From an uncultured Bacilli bacterium (GTDB taxonomy: Bacteria; Bacillota_I; Bacilli_A; RF39; UBA660), in contig CANQLL010000003.1 in NCBI GenBank assembly GCA_947624705.1, positions 1 to 44,556 on the forward strand: a stretch of DNA of 44,556 bases. Direction: 5' to 3'. The notes beneath the pieces were generated by a model. That model was not told where the DNA came from, made no database searches, and saw only the letters and a list, made by a program, of their open reading frames with translations. The translations under genes and the position numbers were made by a program. Shown in pieces: positions 38,356-44,556 of this stretch (position 1 is the stretch's first letter; the number at the start of each line of letters is the position of its first letter).

Positions 38356-39909
38356 TTATGTCGTATTTTTAAATGTAAATATAATATCTATCCTTTTATC
38401 TTGATAGATATAAATTTTTTCTACTAAATTTATGATTAATTCTCTTGATAGATTTTCAATTGATAAAAATTTATCAATGTATTTTTCTATTTTTTTATTA
38501 TCTATTTTATTTGATTCTTGATTTTTTAATTTAGCAATATTTTTTTGATTATCTTCTATTTCTTTTTTGATATTTTTCCTTATTCTTAAATATTGTGATT
38601 CATCAATAAAACCTTTTAATCTATCCATATAAGTTTTATCTAAATTTTCAGTTAGTTTATTATTTGTAAGTTCTAAACTTTCAATTTGTTTTTTTATTTT
38701 TAAATTGTTGTCTGCAAATTTTATATTTCCTATAGAATCTTTTATTTTCTTTTTATCAAGGTACTTCTTACAAACATCTTTAATATTATCTAAAATAACA
38801 CGCTCTAATGTTTCATAATTATTTGTATGAGTAGTACAAACATGATACTTTGAGTAAGTTCTATAATAATTGCAAGTAGTATAACTTCTACCTGTTTTAT
38901 TTTGATATCTTATCGTTATTCGATGTTTACAATCTCCACAATATAAAAGGCCATCTAATAAATAAAATCTTTTTTTCTCTGGTCTTTTTACATTTTTAGG
39001 AAGAAGAGTTTGAACATAATTAAAAGTATCTCTATCTATTATAGCTTCATGAGTATTTTTTACAATGATATAGTCTTTAGGATTATTTTTAACTGTCTTT
39101 TTTAATTTATAATTAATCTTTTTAGTTTTTCCTTGTACTGAATCTCCCACGTAGATTTGATTAGTTAAAATTGCTTTTATTGTTGTATCAACCCATACAC
39201 CAAGTTCTTTTGAAATACATTTACTACTCTTTGTATTCCATACATAATTGTAGTAAGATGCTGGTGTTTTAATTTTTCTTTTGGTTAATTCTTGGGCTAT
39301 GTAATGATAAGTATTGCCTTTTAACGCTAAATCGAAGATTAATCTAACGGTCTTTGCTTGTTCTTCATTTATTATTAGATGATTTTTATTATTTGGATCT
39401 TTCATATAGCCAAAAGGACATCTACCTGATACATATAAACCATCTTTCATTCTTGAATGTAAACTAGACTTTACTTTTTTAGAAATATCTTTGGCATACA
39501 TATCATTCATTATGGCCTTAAAAGGTGCTATATCATTATTGGTATTATCTATGAATGTATCTATTCCATCATTGATAGCAATATATCTTATATTATTGTT
39601 GGGAAAATATTTTTCTATTAACTCGCCGGTGCCGATATAATCACGACCCAATCTTGACATATCTTTAGTAATAATCATATTTATTTTATTATTTTCTATA
39701 TCTTTAATCATTTTCTTAAAAGCTGGTCTTTCAAAATTAGTGCCAGTAAATCCATCATCCACATATTCATCAATAACATTATAATTATTTTCTTTAACAT
39801 ATTGATTAAGTAAACTTCTTTGACTAACAATACTATCAGATTCAATATTTCCATCATCTCTTGATAATCTTATATAAAGTCCGACTTTAAAACTATTATT
39901 GCCGATCAT
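38356..39909 (-). CDS. Large serine recombinase (resolvase, recombinase and Zn-ribbon domains)
   Basis: YIRLS catalytic Ser, Y.DDG.TGT.F.RP, KDMSRLGR, PFGY, IL.NQ.Y.G, HEAII, LLYCGDC...C...C. Confidence 0.96.
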   Translation of the reverse strand: MIGNNSFKVGLYIRLSRDDGNIESDSIVSQRSLLNQYVKENNYNVIDEYVDDGFTGTNFERPAFKKMIKDIENNKINMIITKDMSRLGRDYIGTGELIEKYFPNNNIRYIAINDGIDTFIDNTNNDIAPFKAIMNDMYAKDISKKVKSSLHSRMKDGLYVSGRCPFGYMKDPNNKNHLIINEEQAKTVRLIFDLALKGNTYHYIAQELTKRKIKTPASYYNYVWNTKSSKCISKELGVWVDTTIKAILTNQIYVGDSVQGKTKKINYKLKKTVKNNPKDYIIVKNTHEAIIDRDTFNYVQTLLPKNVKRPEKKRFYLLDGLLYCGDCKHRITIRYQNKTGRSYTTCNYYRTYSKYHVCTTHTNNYETLERVILDNIKDVCKKYLDKKKIKDSIGNIKFADNNLKIKKQIESLELTNNKLTENLDKTYMDRLKGFIDESQYLRIRKNIKKEIEDNQKNIAKLKNQESNKIDNKKIEKYIDKFLSIENLSRELIINLVEKIYIYQDKRIDIIFTFKNTT

Positions 39910-40025
39910 TAACTTATACTCCTACTGAGTAAATTTTCTAATTCTATTTTTAAAACATTAGTTATTATTTCATTTAAAGTTTTTCCATTTTCTTTAAATT
40001 TTAAATTAATTTTATATTTAACCAT
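39909..40025 (-). CDS. Small 38-aa protein coupled to the recombinase (candidate RDF), not in the ORF track
   Basis: MVKYKINLKFKENGKTLNEIITNVLKIELENLLSRSIS*; GGAGGT RBS; its TAA overlaps the recombinase ATG (TAATG). Confidence 0.68.
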   Translation of the reverse strand: MVKYKINLKFKENGKTLNEIITNVLKIELENLLSRSIS

Positions 40026-40058
40026 AGAATTTTATACCTCCAATAAAATTCTATGGTT
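40020..40058. promoter_or_regulatory. Perfect 16-bp inverted repeat with the Shine-Dalgarno in its loop
   Basis: AACCATAGAATTTTAT-acctcca-ATAAAATTCTATGGTT; on minus the loop is TGGAGGT and the ATG lies in the stem. Confidence 0.8.
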
Positions 40059-40098
40059 CTTAAATTAATAATATTGTAAATTACTGACAAAAATCAAT

Positions 40099-41955
40099 TT
40101 ATCTAATAATTTTGCCAATTTCTTCTATTCCACTTTGCATAGTATTCATTTTCTTTTGTTGCTCCTCAAGATTACTTATTATAACATTAATTTTTTTTAT
40201 ATCATTTGGATTAGTTGCTAATTTTTTTAACGTATATCCATCATTTATAAGCTTATTATTTATAACAATTAGCGTTGCAAGTTCTTTATCATCAATATAT
40301 CCGTCAGACATCATTATATGGTATGCTTCTTGAGCTTTATCTAATTTGTTTCTTAATTGTCCTATTAATCTAGAAAAATCTTTATCATTATTAATTTGAT
40401 TAATTTCTTTTTTTATTTCAGTTTGTTTTTGAGTTTTTATTTCAGAATGAAGTTTTTTATATTTTTCTTGGATCTCTGTTAAGATAATATTTTGTAATCT
40501 AATTTGCATTTCATTATGACTAAGTTCATAAATAGAACGAGTCATTATTTGCTCCAATTCATCTTCATTATTTAATGATTCGATTAGATAAGTTTCATTA
40601 TAAAATATTTCACCTATTAGCTGTTTCTTTTGTTCTTCAGACATTTGATTATTAGGATAGTATCTTTGTACTACTTTTATCATTTCATTAAAATAATAAT
40701 TAAAATCTTTCTTCTTTTTATCTTCTTGATTCATTTGAGAATATTTTTTAATATTGGCATTTTGATTGATATCAATTACTTGTTTTTCTCTTTCAATTAC
40801 CATGTTTTTTATATTAGAAATTATTTTATCTTGTTCAGTAATTAAATTAGGATTTTTAGTCATCTGATTATTAAATTCGGATATATAATTTTTAATCCTA
40901 GTAATATCAGTTTGTGTAAGATTAGGATTTTTTAAATCATGTGCAACTTTTTTTTGTAAACAGATAGTTAAAAATAAATCTAGCTTTTGAGATTCTTCTA
41001 ATGAAGATTCATTCTTTATTTTATTTAATGAATTAAGGATATTAAACATAGGCGGTTTACCTTGATATATTTTATCAGAAACCATTTTAAATTGATCAAA
41101 AAATTCATAGGCTACGATTGAATTTTCATACATTGCTTTAAAAGCTAAATTTTCGCCCATTACAATCTTCATCATTTTTCCATATGAAGTTATCTTATAA
41201 TTACTAGACTGATAATTATAAATATTCTTTTTAAAACCATTACCCATATTGTATAAGAATTGGGATTTATTAACACCAGTCACCCTAAGTGCCTCATCCT
41301 CATTAAAAATTTCATCAAGATATATCGCGTATGCATTTTTTGCATAGAAATCTCTTGCATCTTTACTTTTGTCATCTTTACGAATCACTTTCATACCTGC
41401 TTGTCTTATAGTTAACATTTCATTAGTAGATTGAAGTTTAAAATAATTGGGATACTTTGTATTTAGATTATTGATTAATTGTCTATATTTATTATCATCA
41501 TTTCCATACATCCCTTTAAATGATGTTTGCAAAGCATGACCTAATTCATGATTAAATACATTTAAAGATGCTTTTCTTAATGTCTCGTTATCCACATTAT
41601 GAATTCTATTTTGTAATTTATCCAAGGTTATATCTTCGATAAATTTATAATTCCCTATATATAGTGATTGGTCTTTTGAAGTATAAGCACCTTTAAGAGT
41701 ATTATCTTTATTATATGTTTGATCAAAATCATAATTTCTAATATTATTAACTAATCTATTAATGAAAAAATCTCCAATATCAGAACTATTTACAACTATT
41801 TTAGTCTCATTATTATTAAAATCAGGATTAACATTTTGATAGATTTTTACTCTTCTAATAATATTTTGCCTTATTAAATTAGCTTGCTCAGTACTTAAAT
41901 TATAAACTGACACTATTTCGTTAATTACAATATTAAGTTTTTTTTCAAAATTCAT
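40099..41955 (-). CDS. Element cargo: hypothetical protein with HExxH zinc-metallopeptidase-like motif
   Basis: VFNHELGHALQ plus a downstream LDEIFNEDEA helix; coiled-coil C-terminus; probable ATG at 41955 after AGGTGG. Confidence 0.7.
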   Translation of the reverse strand: MNFEKKLNIVINEIVSVYNLSTEQANLIRQNIIRRVKIYQNVNPDFNNNETKIVVNSSDIGDFFINRLVNNIRNYDFDQTYNKDNTLKGAYTSKDQSLYIGNYKFIEDITLDKLQNRIHNVDNETLRKASLNVFNHELGHALQTSFKGMYGNDDNKYRQLINNLNTKYPNYFKLQSTNEMLTIRQAGMKVIRKDDKSKDARDFYAKNAYAIYLDEIFNEDEALRVTGVNKSQFLYNMGNGFKKNIYNYQSSNYKITSYGKMMKIVMGENLAFKAMYENSIVAYEFFDQFKMVSDKIYQGKPPMFNILNSLNKIKNESSLEESQKLDLFLTICLQKKVAHDLKNPNLTQTDITRIKNYISEFNNQMTKNPNLITEQDKIISNIKNMVIEREKQVIDINQNANIKKYSQMNQEDKKKKDFNYYFNEMIKVVQRYYPNNQMSEEQKKQLIGEIFYNETYLIESLNNEDELEQIMTRSIYELSHNEMQIRLQNIILTEIQEKYKKLHSEIKTQKQTEIKKEINQINNDKDFSRLIGQLRNKLDKAQEAYHIMMSDGYIDDKELATLIVINNKLINDGYTLKKLATNPNDIKKINVIISNLEEQQKKMNTMQSGIEEIGKIIR

Positions 41956-42041
41956 TTGACTCACCACCTATAGTTATAATAACATTTTTCATAATTTTTA
42001 TTTTTTAAATATTCATTATTTCCCATAAAAACTGTATCCCC

Positions 42042-42227
42042 CTTTTCAATTGTATAATATTCAAAATATTGTTCTTTATTTTTGGGAACAACTATTTCCA
42101 TTCCCGCTCTTAAATAATTAACATTTTCTAAATTATTTAATTCTTTTAATACTTCAATTGAAGTATTAAATTTTTGGGCTATTACTTTTAAATCTTCGCC
42201 ACTTTTTAAAAGATATTTATCATACAT
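42042..42227 (-). CDS. 5' part of the LysM gene (62 codons; reads on into the element to 41961 when it is integrated)
   Basis: Y.LKSGEDL..IAQKFN.SIE.L.ELNNL.....L.AG.EI.VP (LysM1) then YTIEKGD (start of LysM2); AGGAGTG RBS. Confidence 0.9.
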
Positions 42228-42246
42228 ACTTAATCACTCCTAATAG

Positions 42247-42273
42247 TAAGATATGATAAACTCCTAATTTTGT
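42247..42273 (-). promoter_or_regulatory. Sporulation-sigma (SigK-like) promoter of the LysM gene
   Basis: Minus AC-N16-CATATCTTA upstream of the RBS; no clear SigA boxes. Confidence 0.5.
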
Positions 42274-43379
42274 TATTTAAAAACAAAAATCATTTTTTCA
42301 AAATTAAAATTCCATTCAAAATTTTCTAGTAATAATATTTCTCCTTCTTTAGGAGAATAACTATATAATTTATTTTCCTCTAAATAATAAACAGTATCAT
42401 CTTGTGTATCAATAATTTTTGCATTTTCTTTCTTACTTACTAACCTTTTATTTTCACTATTATATAATTTTAAATATAAATTTTTTTTACTTAAATAATA
42501 ATTATAATCTAATGTTTGAATAAATTTTCTTTCTTTATTTACTAATTCATTTAAAGTTATTTCTTTAAAACCATTTTCATAAATAATTCCTTTATTTTTC
42601 TTATTTCCTACTATTCTCAATTTTTTATGAGATGGTACTATTTCATACTCAATCTTATTTTTCTTATCAACTAAATAAACACTATCTTTATAAGTCCCTA
42701 AAACATAACTATCCATAGAAATATCGTAATCAATATTCCAAATTTCTTTTTTACCATTATCAAAATTAATAATAATAAATTGATTAAAATTATATTCTTC
42801 TTGATAATTAGCTAAAATTAATAAATTATGAATTTTAGCTATTACTTTAAGATTATATACATCTTTATCAGTTATTTTTATATTATCAGTTATATCTTTA
42901 TTTAAATAATAAAAACCTTTGTAATTCCATAATAAATATTTATTAGAGTTTAAATTATGAATTGTAATATTATTAAAATTAATTTTATTATCAATATTAT
43001 TTTCTTTTATTTTATAATGTTTAAGTATTTCTTCATCATTAATTAATCTAATATCTTTTAAAGTATTATTTTCATAACAAACCGGTTTAAGTACTTCTTT
43101 TTTTAAAGAAATACTTAAACATTTATTTTTTTCATTTGTAAAATAATCTAAATTTTCTACTAATTTACGTCCTTTGGTAGATGAAATAAATTCATAATCT
43201 TTGTTATCAATATTTATTTTAAAATAATGAATTTTTAAATCTTTATTATATTCTTCATAAATTTTGTAATTGTTAATTTTATATTCAATTTTATAATTGT
43301 GAGGAAGATGAAAGAGGATAATAATTACAATAATGGTAATTATTATCATATAAAATCTTTTTTTAACTTTCTTCTTCAT
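42273..43379 (-). CDS. Hypothetical membrane-anchored protein
   Basis: N-terminal basic stretch plus TM; beta-rich 368-aa body. Confidence 0.78.
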   Translation of the reverse strand: MKKKVKKRFYMIIITIIVIIILFHLPHNYKIEYKINNYKIYEEYNKDLKIHYFKINIDNKDYEFISSTKGRKLVENLDYFTNEKNKCLSISLKKEVLKPVCYENNTLKDIRLINDEEILKHYKIKENNIDNKINFNNITIHNLNSNKYLLWNYKGFYYLNKDITDNIKITDKDVYNLKVIAKIHNLLILANYQEEYNFNQFIIINFDNGKKEIWNIDYDISMDSYVLGTYKDSVYLVDKKNKIEYEIVPSHKKLRIVGNKKNKGIIYENGFKEITLNELVNKERKFIQTLDYNYYLSKKNLYLKLYNSENKRLVSKKENAKIIDTQDDTVYYLEENKLYSYSPKEGEILLLENFEWNFNFEKMIFVFK

Positions 43380-43803
43380 TAGCTTGATATTTTTGTTTTT
43401 CGCGAATCATATATTCAGTTATTTCTGTTTCAATTTTACTTAAAGCCTTTTTAGAAAGTTTAGAGATGGTAATTACTTCTTTAACTGTATCAATAGTTAC
43501 TCTTCCCCAAATAACTCCTTCTCTTACCGTTAAATCATTATACATATCTGGAGTAATAGAAATAAAACTATAACCCCATAAAACTCTTTTTTTAGCAACA
43601 ATTAATCTTTTATTAGTAATAGCTACAACACAAGTGGAAAATATATCAAATAAACTTAAAGTCTTTTGACCCGTAAAAATAAATAATATTTCTTCTTCAG
43701 GATTTAAGTGTTCTTCTATAACTTTACAATGTTTTTTAATGCGCCAGGCGATTCCGCCTGGATAAGTATTAATATATTCAATTAATTTTTCATAAACTTT
43801 CAT
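43363..43803 (-). CDS. Bacterial PH-domain protein
   Basis: L.P.EE+L..F.GQ, VVAITNKRLIVA, G.+.IDT..E motifs; start moved to the ATG at 43803 after GAGGT. Confidence 0.8.
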   Translation of the reverse strand: MKVYEKLIEYINTYPGGIAWRIKKHCKVIEEHLNPEEEILFIFTGQKTLSLFDIFSTCVVAITNKRLIVAKKRVLWGYSFISITPDMYNDLTVREGVIWGRVTIDTVKEVITISKLSKKALSKIETEITEYMIREKQKYQANEEES

Positions 43804-43966
43804 AAACTTTACCTCTAATCTTATTTTACCTATTAATAAAAGATTGCGCAAGGAAAATTTTTAAAAAATTACCAAATAAAAAAAGGAAATTGAAGTTAAA
43901 CCGATAATATATTTAATGAGGGTAATTATTTTTAATTCATAAAAAGAATGGAGGTGAAAATTAATT

Positions 43967-44556
43967 TTGAGTAAAAGAAAAAATGAAAATAACTTTATTC
44001 CCTTAACCTTTGACGGTATCTTTAAAGCTTTATTTAGACATAAAAGATATTTAATTGATTTTCTTAAAGATGTTTTAAAGTATGATATTGTTGATTTAGA
44101 ATATCTTGATTCTTATTTAGAAAAAGCTAATATTTCCACTAAAGAATCTTTCTTAGATGTCTTAGTTAAATTTAATGATGGCACTCATGCCATCATTGAA
44201 ATGCAAAACCAAGATCGTGGGAGTATGGTTACGAGAATTTTTTACTACCTTGGTAAACTAGCTACTAAAAGTTTAAAAACGGGTGAAGATTATAAATTAA
44301 TTAAAAAATATATTGGTATTTGTGTTTTAGATTATAATGACCCACGCTTTACAAATCTTCACAATGTTTGTAAACTATATAATGTAGATACCAAAGAAAT
44401 TCTAACTGATGAATTAGAAATTCATATTATTAATTTAAAAAGTAAAATTATGAATGATAAATTAAAATGGTTAGAAGTATTTAAAGAAGAGGATGATTGG
44501 GATATGGGTAAATATACTGATGAAGAATTAAAAGCTGCTGTTAATGAGTTAAAAAG
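43967..44556 (+). CDS. Rpn family PD-(D/E)XK nuclease/putative transposase (3' end outside window)
   Basis: TTG start after GGAGGTG: ...PLTFDGIFKALF...FLDVLVKFNDGTHAIIEMQ...RIFYY...GEDYKLIKKYIGICVLDY; open to the window end and absent from the ORF track. Confidence 0.87.
   Translation, partial: MSKRKNENNFIPLTFDGIFKALFRHKRYLIDFLKDVLKYDIVDLEYLDSYLEKANISTKESFLDVLVKFNDGTHAIIEMQNQDRGSMVTRIFYYLGKLATKSLKTGEDYKLIKKYIGICVLDYNDPRFTNLHNVCKLYNVDTKEILTDELEIHIINLKSKIMNDKLKWLEVFKEEDDWDMGKYTDEELKAAVNELK

Larger units (their letters stand above)
38338..42041. mobile_element. Serine-recombinase integrative element inserted in the LysM gene (skin-like, 3,697 bp)
   Basis: 7-bp direct repeat TATCCCC at 38338-38344 and 42035-42041; 15-bp imperfect inverted arms at 38346-38360 and 42024-42038; recombinase abuts one end. 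Confidence 0.9.

Noticed and set aside
40112-40845. Plus-strand ORFs inside the cargo gene
   Set aside because: Antisense shadows rich in Phe/Ile from the AT-rich complement.
38338-42041. Prophage or conjugative element
   Set aside because: No structural, replication, relaxase or transfer genes; only a recombinase, a small ORF and one cargo gene.

Overview
AT-rich (roughly a quarter GC by eye) Firmicutes chromosomal window using the standard genetic code. Gene content and style suggest an uncultured, reduced-genome Bacilli lineage such as RF39; this is inference. The housekeeping backbone comprises mraZ-rsmH-ftsL-pbp, ugtP-like/pgm, prsA, recX-nrnA-ackA, thiI, cca-dnaD-nth and rimP-nusA-ylxR-infB. 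It is interleaved with sporulation genes (YjcZ/SscA-like microproteins, CotY/Z, fused CotJA-B, CotJC, a LysM protein, a Ca-ATPase) and orphan or paralogous accessory genes. Two things stand out. (1) A 3,697-bp large-serine-recombinase element sits inside a three-LysM gene. Excision at the 7-bp core TATCCCC restores the gene exactly in frame (151 aa). The element also carries a symmetric attP, a 38-aa candidate directionality factor, a hairpin over that gene's start site, a sigE-like promoter and an HExxH cargo protein, so it is a skin-like candidate for programmed gene reassembly. (2) A 797-aa surface protein has two tandem C-type-lectin-like domains whose ends carry a diversity-generating-retroelement variable-region codon signature, and its promoter has a G8 tract in the -35/-10 spacer; no reverse transcriptase is present in the window. 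The left edge holds a partial DDE transposase and the right edge a partial Rpn/PD-(D/E)XK gene. No rRNA, tRNA or CRISPR array was seen. All family calls come from motif recognition, not database searches.
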